From Alphaproteobacteria bacterium (lineage in GTDB: Bacteria; Pseudomonadota; Alphaproteobacteria; Micavibrionales; Micavibrionaceae), in assembly GCA_016794305.1 (NCBI GenBank), contig JAEUKN010000003.1:6707-70706 (forward strand): a stretch of 64,000 nt of DNA, given 5' to 3'. Shown piece by piece: positions 10,259 through 18,690 of this stretch. The translations under genes and the position numbers were made by a program. How positions within the stretch are numbered: position 1 is the stretch's first letter; each line of letters starts with the position of its first letter. The notes beneath the pieces were generated by a model, which was given only the letters and a program-made list of their open reading frames with translations, ran no database searches and was not told the DNA's origin.

Positions 10259-10507
10259 ATAAACGAGGTGATAGGACGGCGCGATTTTTAACCCATAATC
10301 CGCCCCACAAGAAGTTTAACAAAAGATGACATAAATTTAGATGAAACTTTAAATATTGTTAAATCTACTTTCATAATCCGCTTGTTATTCTAGTGATATG
10401 GGTACTAATATGACAAAATGTCGCGGGGCTAAGTCATTATATTTTAAGTTGAAAATGTAATTTTTTGGTTCTTAAGGCATAAATCTATAAATAGGTGAGG
10501 TAAAAAA

Positions 10508-10699
10508 ATGAACACACAAGAACCTGCTTTTTCCCCTCCTCCTTCCAGACAAAATTTTGCCACGGCTCTCGAGTATGCGCTGATCGCGGCGGGTTTGGCA
10601 TTGGCGATTGCCAGCGCGGTTTACGCCTTTGGTCATCATGTATCTATTGGACTTGACCAATGGAGCATGGAGATTAACGCACAAATCTCTCATTCCTGA
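10508..10699 (+). CDS. Flp/Fap-family (type IVb, Tad-type) pilin-like protein
   Basis: 63 aa. Strong RBS (aggtgaggtaaaaaaATG). Contains ATALEYALIAAGLALAIASAV, matching the Flp ...TAIEYGLIAA... core followed by a hydrophobic helix. Confidence 0.6.
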   Translation: MNTQEPAFSPPPSRQNFATALEYALIAAGLALAIASAVYAFGHHVSIGLDQWSMEINAQISHS

Positions 10700-10722
10700 G
10701 CTTTGAACGTAGCGTTTATCTG

Positions 10723-11523
10723 TTATGGATTATAACGGGTCTGCGGTTGGGCACTGAGACCCCGCACCGGTTGAATGGATGCACCGGGCAATCGCATATA
10801 CTCATTTTTTTCATATGGCAATGCGGCTACGCTGCGTGCGGTGGTGATAATCGGCCCGTATGATGGCAGATTTGATGGCAGGTTTGCTTGTGGCTCCGCT
10901 CTTTGCCCCGTTTGCGGCTGAGCGGTGACGTCATACAAGGCTGCGGAGAGGAGATAAAGCCCCTGCAATTTCATATTTTTTTGATAGTGAAAGCCCGCAA
11001 ATTTTTGGGCTTCTGCGCGGGCGGTCGCATCCGTCATCGCCGCCACATTGATTTTTATTGTGAGTGTATGAGCATCCGCCAGCGGTGATAATTTATACCC
11101 CTTTTGAATCAGGGCCTGACGCAGATAATAATCCAATGCCTGATCATGATTGGTGACGGGTGGCTCCGCGGCGATGAAAATGGCGGGTGCGCCAAGCTTC
11201 GTGCGCTCACTCAATCCTCCATCCAATTGATCAACAATTTCATACACGGCCCCCTGCCACGCGGCATGATTGGCCGACATATGCTCTGTGTTTTTCAGCT
11301 CGGCTTCCTTCAACCACGGCGAGGACGGTGCGGGGGATGAGAGCGGCGTATCATCCTGATAGGTATACCCGCGCGGCATCCATTGATTCGGCCCCTGCGG
11401 TGCGCAGGCTGCAAGACCCAGAACGCCGATGACCGAACTGCCGATCATCACACAGGTTGCAAAACTGCGAAATGAATTCAGTTTTCCGCTTAATACGCCC
11501 GATTTGGCCCGAAACTTATTCAT
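10723..11523 (-). CDS. hypothetical lipoprotein
   Basis: Start moved to the ATG at 11523, preceded by GGAGAG. Signal peptide with lipobox VLGLAAC. No recognisable domain. Lies immediately downstream of ydbL on the same strand. Confidence 0.6.
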   Translation of the reverse strand: MNKFRAKSGVLSGKLNSFRSFATCVMIGSSVIGVLGLAACAPQGPNQWMPRGYTYQDDTPLSSPAPSSPWLKEAELKNTEHMSANHAAWQGAVYEIVDQLDGGLSERTKLGAPAIFIAAEPPVTNHDQALDYYLRQALIQKGYKLSPLADAHTLTIKINVAAMTDATARAEAQKFAGFHYQKNMKLQGLYLLSAALYDVTAQPQTGQRAEPQANLPSNLPSYGPIITTARSVAALPYEKNEYMRLPGASIQPVRGLSAQPQTRYNP

Positions 11524-11548
11524 GGTCACTCTCCCGCAGATCATCTAA

Positions 11549-11920
11549 TTATTTTTGTTTCCATTGACCGTTGACCTGCACATATTCGCCCGGTGCCGCA
11601 AGATTAAAGATTTTTTGCGCGGCGATTTTTTGTACATCTGTGACCGGAATGGATTGCTTTGCGGCCGTATCGCGGTAAACCCCCATGCGCCCGGCATTGG
11701 TAGTATTGACAAGATTGGTAATGTCAGGTGACGGGTTGGGCAAAACCGAGGCCACAAGCCCGTCTTCCCGTTCCCCCACCAATCCGCTTTGTTTGGCGGT
11801 CGCCAGATCCATCGCCGCAAAGGCATTCACAAAAGGAGTTGCGCAGAGCAGCGCAGACATTAAAAGCAGAGCACACAAGAATTTAAATTTTTGAAGGTTC
11901 AAATTGTTACACATTGTCAT
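11549..11920 (-). CDS. ydbL: YdbL-like periplasmic protein (DUF1318)
   Basis: 123 aa. Signal peptide, then LATAKQSGLVGEREDGLV ... NAGRMGVYRDTAAKQ ... VQKIAAQKIFNLAAPGEYVQ, the DUF1318 pattern. GGAGGA RBS. Third gene of a ydbH-ynbE-ydbL arrangement. Confidence 0.7.
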   Translation of the reverse strand: MTMCNNLNLQKFKFLCALLLMSALLCATPFVNAFAAMDLATAKQSGLVGEREDGLVASVLPNPSPDITNLVNTTNAGRMGVYRDTAAKQSIPVTDVQKIAAQKIFNLAAPGEYVQVNGQWKQK

Positions 11921-11969
11921 GGAATTCCTCCGTAAAATTAGGCGTTAGAAAATTGCGGTTGCGCTGAAT

Positions 11970-12191
11970 TTATTTCTTGGCCGGCACCCCGAAAAGATCA
12001 GGATTATTCATCATTTCATGATCCAAATCACGTTCGACCTTGACCCGCACCTCTTGTTCAATCTTGATGTTCATGTTGATTTCAATCGGTTTGTCGGGGG
12101 CCTCCACCTTCACCGTCGGGGTGCAGGCAATTGTTAAGCCCAAGATCGGCAAAATCATCAAGACCCGCGCAAATTTCAAAAATTTATTCAT
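11970..12191 (-). CDS. ynbE: YnbE-like lipoprotein
   Basis: 73 aa. Lipobox LTIACTPTVKVEAPDKPIEINMNIKIEQEVRVKV closely follows the YnbE signature (C-TPTV-V-AP--PI-IN-N-KI-HE-R-K). Confidence 0.75.
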   Translation of the reverse strand: MNKFLKFARVLMILPILGLTIACTPTVKVEAPDKPIEINMNIKIEQEVRVKVERDLDHEMMNNPDLFGVPAKK

Positions 12192-12235
12192 AGTGATGAT
12201 CCCCTATTCAAAAAGATTCGCCCGTTACTTTGACT

Positions 12236-14359
12236 TTACTTCGGCTTTTTCGCCTGTGCCGCCTTTGATCCTAAACGAAGTGTAGAGCTTAAATCCCCCG
12301 CTTGCAAGGCTTGCTGTAAAATTTTTCCCAAATCGCCTTCGAGCTTTAGATTAATCTCAATCGGGCGTTCGCCAAAAACCGGATTGGTGCCTTTGGCCTT
12401 GAGGCTAGAGGTCATATGCCCGTCCATCGGCCCATCCATTTCAAAATTTAACAATTCAAAATGAAAATCGCTGAGTGCCTTGCGCACGGTTTGCATGCGG
12501 GCATCATCGCCCTGAAGTGATGGGGGAATCGACTCCGGTTGATATTTAAAATATCCGTTGCCGCTATTGCTAATCTGCCCGCGTGAAAAGCTTAATTGCC
12601 CGTTTTTAAAACTCAGCGGCACAATACCGCTCACTTTGCCGTTGGCCTCTAGCGACGGTGAGCCCAAGAGTCCCGCGAGTTTTTCAATGTCGATATTGTT
12701 CAGAGAGAGTTTAGTGGCAATATTCCCGGGCGCAGTGAGGTCAACGGAGAATGGCGATATACCCAGCGTTCCCGCGGCAAAGTCAAAACTCCCCGGGGTA
12801 ATCTTGATCACATTGGCGGCCGGGGAAGCTAGCGCAACACTCCCCTTCGCCAAAACGCCCTGATCATTCATCAGCGAGAGCGAAAATTTATTGGCATTTT
12901 GCGGGGTTTTACTGAGTTGTAACCGCTCAGGGTGTGCCGCAATCATAAAGGGTGCCAAGCGTTCGAGGTAGAGCGGACCGCCAAGATCGGCAAAGAGGAA
13001 ATTATTCCAATTCCCCGCAACACGGTCAAACGTGACCGCAAGCGGCCCCTTAATCTCAACTGCATTGGCGGTGGGTTCAAACCTGATTTCACCATCCACA
13101 TTCATCGTGCCCTTGGAAAAAGCCAGATCATGGTTTTTAGCCAGCGGGGTTAACGTGTTAAGGCCCACCGCGGCGATTTTCAACGGATTGAGGTGAATAA
13201 CCGTATGCCCGTTATCGGGGTGGTAATCGAGCGTGCCATCCAATTTTTGCCGCTGTTTTCCCGCATAAATGGCCCAGGCAGCTTGTTTGATCGGTTCATC
13301 AAAAATGCTCGGGCGCAGAGCGAATTGAAGCGTGAGCGGCGAGAGCGGTGCCAGCCAGCTCTCCACTGCCGCGTTTTGCTGTTCATTGATGATTTTATAA
13401 AGATCAACAGCGTCCGCACTCTCTATGGTCAGTTCAAGCTGCTGCGGCGGGGTTAAATTCCATCGCCCCGTCAGGGAAACATTGGGATATCCGGCCGGTG
13501 AAGTCTTGAGCACCAGCGGCTCGGCCTTTGCGGTGTCAATCGCCATATCGACATTTTGAAATAAACCGTTGAGGGTTTTAATGCTCCCCGCCAGCAAATG
13601 GCCGTTGACCTGCGGCAACTTCACGCGACCTGTCTCCCCGTTAATCTCCCCCATAGAGTGGAAAGACCCGGAGAGGCGCGAGGCATGGAAATTCGGCAAA
13701 TCCACACGCGCCTCCAACAATTCCGCATCTATTTTTTCTTCAAAAACATCGCTGGATTTTTTTGTCAATGTCCGCGTGCCGTTCATATTGAAATCCAGCT
13801 GATTTTGCGTACTCCAGAGCGAGAAATTCATCACCTGATGCGGTAACGGGTTTTTGTCCTGAGCATCCGGAGCAAAGTTGCTCGTGACCTGCAATTTTCC
13901 CTCAAGCCGGATTCCGCCGGCTTCGCTATCCACATCCAAAATAATCGCGGGGAGGTTGAGTTTCCCTATGGGTAAGAACGCGCCGCCGTCGCCATTGCTT
14001 GGCATTTTGGCATCCCACCCCGCCAGTTTAAATTGACCGTGTTCACCAATTTCCGCCATCAGGGCTATTTTTTTGATGGTGAGCGCGGCAATATCGCGGT
14101 TCACAATCAAATCAAACCAATTTACGGTCACGAATAATTGTTCAATCGTGCTGAAATCATTGCCATCCAGGTTAATATGATCAATTAAAATCCCATTGGG
14201 CGCGAGGTAGAGATGATCAATCTTGGCATTGGGAAAACCGTTCAGACGAATTTTTTCCTGAATGACATAGCGCAAAATAAAGCCTGAAGACAAAATCCCC
14301 GCCGCGATTATAATCACAGCGATCAGCAAGCCTAAAAGTTTTTTATGTTTTTTGAGCAT
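12236..14359 (-). CDS. ydbH: YdbH-like AsmA-family intermembrane lipid-transport protein
   Basis: 707 aa. N-terminal membrane anchor (LLGLLIAVIIIAAGIL) and long beta-rich periplasmic body. C-terminus ...KAKGTNPVFGERPIEINLKLEGDLGKIL is typical of the DctA-YdbH domain. Operon context with ynbE and ydbL. Confidence 0.7.
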   Translation of the reverse strand: MLKKHKKLLGLLIAVIIIAAGILSSGFILRYVIQEKIRLNGFPNAKIDHLYLAPNGILIDHINLDGNDFSTIEQLFVTVNWFDLIVNRDIAALTIKKIALMAEIGEHGQFKLAGWDAKMPSNGDGGAFLPIGKLNLPAIILDVDSEAGGIRLEGKLQVTSNFAPDAQDKNPLPHQVMNFSLWSTQNQLDFNMNGTRTLTKKSSDVFEEKIDAELLEARVDLPNFHASRLSGSFHSMGEINGETGRVKLPQVNGHLLAGSIKTLNGLFQNVDMAIDTAKAEPLVLKTSPAGYPNVSLTGRWNLTPPQQLELTIESADAVDLYKIINEQQNAAVESWLAPLSPLTLQFALRPSIFDEPIKQAAWAIYAGKQRQKLDGTLDYHPDNGHTVIHLNPLKIAAVGLNTLTPLAKNHDLAFSKGTMNVDGEIRFEPTANAVEIKGPLAVTFDRVAGNWNNFLFADLGGPLYLERLAPFMIAAHPERLQLSKTPQNANKFSLSLMNDQGVLAKGSVALASPAANVIKITPGSFDFAAGTLGISPFSVDLTAPGNIATKLSLNNIDIEKLAGLLGSPSLEANGKVSGIVPLSFKNGQLSFSRGQISNSGNGYFKYQPESIPPSLQGDDARMQTVRKALSDFHFELLNFEMDGPMDGHMTSSLKAKGTNPVFGERPIEINLKLEGDLGKILQQALQAGDLSSTLRLGSKAAQAKKPK

Positions 14360-14369
14360 TATTCCCTAT

Positions 14370-16406
14370 TTAAATATCAATATTATCCACAAAACTGGCG
14401 TTTTGTTGGATAAAATCAAATCGTTCTTCGGCGTTTTTGCCCATTAATCGTTGGACCAGAGTCTCTAATTCCGGGTTTTTTTGGCCTTTGGCATCTGTGA
14501 GGGAATCTGTGGAGAGATTCAACTCATCATCAAAAATATTGACGCGCAGCAAGGTGCGGGTGTTGGGGTCCATGGTGGTTTCTTTGAGCTGCTTGGCGGG
14601 CATCTCTCCCAATCCCTTAAACCGCGATATTTCTACCTTGCTTTTGCCCTTAAAGACACTGCGCAGCAATTCATCCTTATGTTCGTCATTCATTGCATAA
14701 TGGCTTAAATTGCCCGCTGTTAAACGATAGAGCGGCGGCTGCGCCAGATACAAATGGCCGTTTTCAATCAATTTCGGCATTTGGGTGTAAAACATGGTCA
14801 TGAGGAGTGATGCAATATGCGCCCCGTCCACGTCCGCATCGGTCATGATGATCACACGTTCATAACGCAGATTATCAAGTGAAAAGGATGAGCCAATGCC
14901 GCATCCCAAGGCCTGAACCAAATCCTGAATTTCCTGATTATCGCGGATTTTATCGCGTGTGGCACTCACCACATTCAAAATTTTACCCCGCAGCGGCAAA
15001 ATCGCCTGGGTTTCACGGTTGCGCCCCTGTTTGGCCGACCCGCCCGCCGAGTCCCCTTCAACGATGAATAATTCCGTACCTTCGGCGGCACTGCGGGCGC
15101 AATCGGCCAGTTTTCCGGGTAACCGCAGCCGCCGTGTCGGGGTTTTGCGTGAAAGTTCCTTTTCATCCTTGCGCCGCTTGCGTTCCTCTGCCTTATCAAT
15201 AAAGGTCTCTAGCAAAATTGTGCTGCGGGCTGGGTCATTGGTCAACCAATGGTCGAAATGATCCTTAATCGCATTTTCAACCCAGCGTGTGACCTCCGGC
15301 GTTGAGAGTTTATCCTTGGTCTGGCCCTGAAATTGCGGTTCACGGATAAACACTGAGAGCACGATCGTAGCGCCCGCCAACACATCATCGGCCGTAATCT
15401 GGCCTGATTTTTTATTGCCCGTGAGTTCACCATAGTTTTTGAGGCCGCGCAGTAACATGGACCGCAGGCCCGCTTCGTGCGTGCCGCCCTGGGGCGTTGG
15501 CACGGTGTTACAGTAAGATTTGGTAAATCCGTCACCGTAAGACAGCCACGACAGCGCACATTCCACCCGTCCGAGGTTTTTTCCATCCTGATCGGGGAAA
15601 TCCGCCTGAATATAAAACGGTTCGGCAATCAATGTTTCCTGATTTTCCACTACGCCTGTGAGGTAATCGAGCAAGCCGTTGGGGAAGTGAAAACTGGCGC
15701 GGGCCGGGACTTTCCCTTCGCTCCCTGCGACCAATTCCTCATCACACGACCATGCAATTTCCACCCCGCGGAACAGATAGGCTTTGGAGCGCGCCAAATC
15801 ATGAATGCGTTTGGGCGAAAATGTCTGGCGGCCAAAAATTTCCGGATCGGGGTGAAACCGCACCGCCGTGCCGCGCCGACCCTTGGGGGCTTTGCCGATG
15901 ACCTCCAACGGTCCTGTGCTATGCCCCTTTGAAAAGCTTTGGCGGTAAATGGTTCCATCGCGAATCACATCGACATTGAGATCATCAGAGAGTGCATTGA
16001 CCACCGAAATCCCGACCCCGTGCAGCCCGCCTGAGGTTTGATAGGCTTTGTCAGAGAATTTCCCGCCGGAGTGCAGCACCGTCAAAATGACTTCCAACGC
16101 TGATTTTTTCGGGTATTTCGGGTGCGAATCAATCGGAATCCCGCGGCCATTATCGGTGATGGTGACGCTGCCGTCCTTTGCCAAATGGATTTCAATCAAA
16201 TTGGCATAGCCGGCGACGGCTTCATCCATTGAATTATCAAGGATTTCATTCACCAAATGGTGCATCGCATTTTCATCGGTCCCGCCGATATACATGCCGG
16301 GGCGGCGGCGCACCGGCTCCAGCCCCTCCAAAACCTCAATATCAGAGGCGGTATAGCTTTGCGATGCGTCGGATTTTTTCTTGGTCGATGAAAACAAGTC
16401 ACTCAT
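14370..16406 (-). CDS. parE: DNA topoisomerase IV subunit B
   Basis: 678 aa. GHKL ATPase (LEGLEPVRRRPGMYIGGT, EILDNSMDEA, DNGRGIP), Toprim (ELFIVEGDSAGGSAKQGR) and PLRGKILNV. The length fits ParE rather than the longer GyrB. Confidence 0.88.
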   Translation of the reverse strand: MSDLFSSTKKKSDASQSYTASDIEVLEGLEPVRRRPGMYIGGTDENAMHHLVNEILDNSMDEAVAGYANLIEIHLAKDGSVTITDNGRGIPIDSHPKYPKKSALEVILTVLHSGGKFSDKAYQTSGGLHGVGISVVNALSDDLNVDVIRDGTIYRQSFSKGHSTGPLEVIGKAPKGRRGTAVRFHPDPEIFGRQTFSPKRIHDLARSKAYLFRGVEIAWSCDEELVAGSEGKVPARASFHFPNGLLDYLTGVVENQETLIAEPFYIQADFPDQDGKNLGRVECALSWLSYGDGFTKSYCNTVPTPQGGTHEAGLRSMLLRGLKNYGELTGNKKSGQITADDVLAGATIVLSVFIREPQFQGQTKDKLSTPEVTRWVENAIKDHFDHWLTNDPARSTILLETFIDKAEERKRRKDEKELSRKTPTRRLRLPGKLADCARSAAEGTELFIVEGDSAGGSAKQGRNRETQAILPLRGKILNVVSATRDKIRDNQEIQDLVQALGCGIGSSFSLDNLRYERVIIMTDADVDGAHIASLLMTMFYTQMPKLIENGHLYLAQPPLYRLTAGNLSHYAMNDEHKDELLRSVFKGKSKVEISRFKGLGEMPAKQLKETTMDPNTRTLLRVNIFDDELNLSTDSLTDAKGQKNPELETLVQRLMGKNAEERFDFIQQNASFVDNIDI

Positions 16407-16561
16407 TTTTAATTTTTTCTGCTATAATCTCTATAAGGGTATGATAAAGGGACGATAAGGGTACGAGTCATATTTTGAAATAAAAAGGGCCGCTTATCCA
16501 ATCACAAATCGGCCCGAAAAACAATGTCGAAAACATGTGTGAAAGTTAAGTCGGAGGGATT

Positions 16562-18103
16562 TTGAGCAATAGGCAGACAAATAGCATTCATGATCAGATG
16601 ATCCGCGCCGCTCAGCTTGCGCCCCGGCCCGCCCACCGGTTAGCCTCTCGGCCCGCCCCTGGCCTCGCCCCCCGGCCCCCCCCTCTGATGATGGCGCGGT
16701 GGGGCGGGGGGGCTTGGCTTTTCTTCAGTATTTTGTTCATGGCGTGCGGCCTGATGCTCTCCGCGCCGGCTTATGCGTTTATGACGCTCAAGGATATTCC
16801 GCCGCTGACATATGATTTGACCCAAGATGAGGCGCAGCTCAAGTCTTTGATGGAGCCGATTGAGGAAACGCCGATGGATAATAAGGATTTGGCGATGAGC
16901 TTTAGCTTGCCCAAAAACTGGGTGCGCTATGATATGGAGGCCAATAAGGAGGTTTTAAGCGGCGTATCCTCTGAAATGCAGGGAAATGAAGGCAAAAAAA
17001 TCGGATTTGCCAGTAATATTCGCGGCTTTAAAGACTATTCCATCGCGGGCAATCAGGATGGTGATATTTTTAGCATGCTGGTGAAATATACCACGCCGGC
17101 GCGGCTTGAACGGCCCAGTGAGTTTCGGGTGAGGAGCATTGAACTTGATAGTTTGGTCTCGCTCGAAAACTGGTTTATCGAATTTCTATTGCAAATGGGA
17201 TTTACCCCCGAAGGGGTCGAAAAAAAATCCGAAAATCGGCTTGAAGCCCAATATACGATTTTTGAAAATGGCGAGCCTTATTCGGTGCGCGGCGTTTTAA
17301 TGCGCACCGGGTCGCGGATTATTTTGGCGGAATATTTGGTCCATCAGGAAAATATCGAAAAAGACCGTGATTTTCAAATTTTGGCTATGCGTGATTTCAA
17401 ACTCAACCAGATCAACGAAGCCACGCCCGTACAACTGAACAATTATAATTTTGTGGATATTGCCAAGTTTTCCTATCCTAAAAATTGGATTCTCTATTCC
17501 TCTGGAATCAGGACGATTGACCGCATGGAAGCATCCATCATTAACCTGAAAGGTGTTGTAAATCCTGATCAAAAAGCCATCACGGCCATGCAGCTCAATG
17601 GGCGCATTGATATTACAATTGTGTCAAAATATGTCGGAACCACTCCGGAACAAGAGGTCACGGCAATTGGCAATGAATTGAAAAAGCGCGGGCTTATCCT
17701 CAAAGACGCAATGAAGGATGATGATTTTCCCCAACTCAATCCGCAAATTATTTCAAAAAACTTGCTGGTTTATCACATATTACCGCCCAAAGATGATGCC
17801 ATGAAAATCAATCAGTTTTCAGGGGTGCAGAAAAATCGTTTGGGCCTTGTGGACTATGAATATTGGCTGGCGGTGCTGCAAACTGAAGGGCGGCAATATT
17901 ATATTCGGCTTTTGACCATCGGGCGCGGAGAGGATTTCCGGGCATGGTCAGAAAATCTTGAAACTTATAGAACGCTGCTCTCATCCATATCCCCCATTAA
18001 CGATAATGCGCATGAAAACCGGGACTTGCTGACTCAGCCTGCAAAACCCGCAACCTCACCAACTGACTCTAAAACTGATGGGGCCACTCAGGGAGGGGAA
18101 TAG
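16562..18103 (+). CDS. hypothetical secreted or membrane-anchored protein with two tandem ~190-aa domains
   Basis: TTG start at 16562 preceded by GGAGGG (16553-16558); alternative ATG at 16688. Pro/Arg-rich N-terminus, then a hydrophobic segment ending AYA. Internal duplication marked by FSLPKNWVRYD and FSYPKNWILYS. Confidence 0.6.
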   Translation: MSNRQTNSIHDQMIRAAQLAPRPAHRLASRPAPGLAPRPPPLMMARWGGGAWLFFSILFMACGLMLSAPAYAFMTLKDIPPLTYDLTQDEAQLKSLMEPIEETPMDNKDLAMSFSLPKNWVRYDMEANKEVLSGVSSEMQGNEGKKIGFASNIRGFKDYSIAGNQDGDIFSMLVKYTTPARLERPSEFRVRSIELDSLVSLENWFIEFLLQMGFTPEGVEKKSENRLEAQYTIFENGEPYSVRGVLMRTGSRIILAEYLVHQENIEKDRDFQILAMRDFKLNQINEATPVQLNNYNFVDIAKFSYPKNWILYSSGIRTIDRMEASIINLKGVVNPDQKAITAMQLNGRIDITIVSKYVGTTPEQEVTAIGNELKKRGLILKDAMKDDDFPQLNPQIISKNLLVYHILPPKDDAMKINQFSGVQKNRLGLVDYEYWLAVLQTEGRQYYIRLLTIGRGEDFRAWSENLETYRTLLSSISPINDNAHENRDLLTQPAKPATSPTDSKTDGATQGGE

Positions 18104-18106
18104 ACA

Positions 18107-18538
18107 TTGATAAAAATTTCCAGCCTTTATCATCTCATCATTTTACTGACGGCGGGGGCTTTGTTTGTCCTGATGGGGTGTGGCTTAACGGGATATGGAC
18201 TATGCTGCACCGCTTACGCCGGCGAAGTCACACCGTTTGAAGAATGCGCAACCCTGCGCAATATGTCCGATCAAACGATCATGGGCGTGATCCGTACGGC
18301 CCCGTTTAAAGTGAAGGGTGGGGCCACGCAGCGTCATGAGGGGCCTTTTCGATTGGAAGAAGGGGAAACTGTTCAAATTTGCTCCACCGGCCCGTTTTAT
18401 GACGGGTATAAGGTTGAACTGGTTCTGCGCACCATCATCCCGCTTTTTACCTGCAAAACCCGCTTAAGCGGGGATATTATGCTGCGCAAAACCGAAACGG
18501 CGGAGGGGTATACCAAGCTTTATGCCGACTGCAAGTAA
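18107..18538 (+). CDS. hypothetical small secreted protein or lipoprotein
   Basis: 143 aa. TTG start 4 nt after the upstream stop, with GGGAGGGG upstream. Signal peptide with a possible lipobox (VLMGC). Cys-containing, no recognised domain. Confidence 0.5.
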   Translation: MIKISSLYHLIILLTAGALFVLMGCGLTGYGLCCTAYAGEVTPFEECATLRNMSDQTIMGVIRTAPFKVKGGATQRHEGPFRLEEGETVQICSTGPFYDGYKVELVLRTIIPLFTCKTRLSGDIMLRKTETAEGYTKLYADCK

Positions 18539-18690
18539 AAGCCCCTAAGTACAATTTACAAAATTTCCCTTGCTTTTATGGGGAAAACCCCGTAAACCCG
18601 TGATGTTTTATCGGCTATGAAAGCTTGGGATTTCCTGACCTTATCCGCTGGCCTTTGAAACATATTTTATTTCCAAAGGAAAAACTAACT

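Noticed and set aside
10472-10693. 73-aa minus-strand ORF opposite the flp-like gene
   Set aside because: The plus-strand ORF has a strong RBS and the Flp TA-x-EY-hydrophobic signature. The antisense frame has neither.
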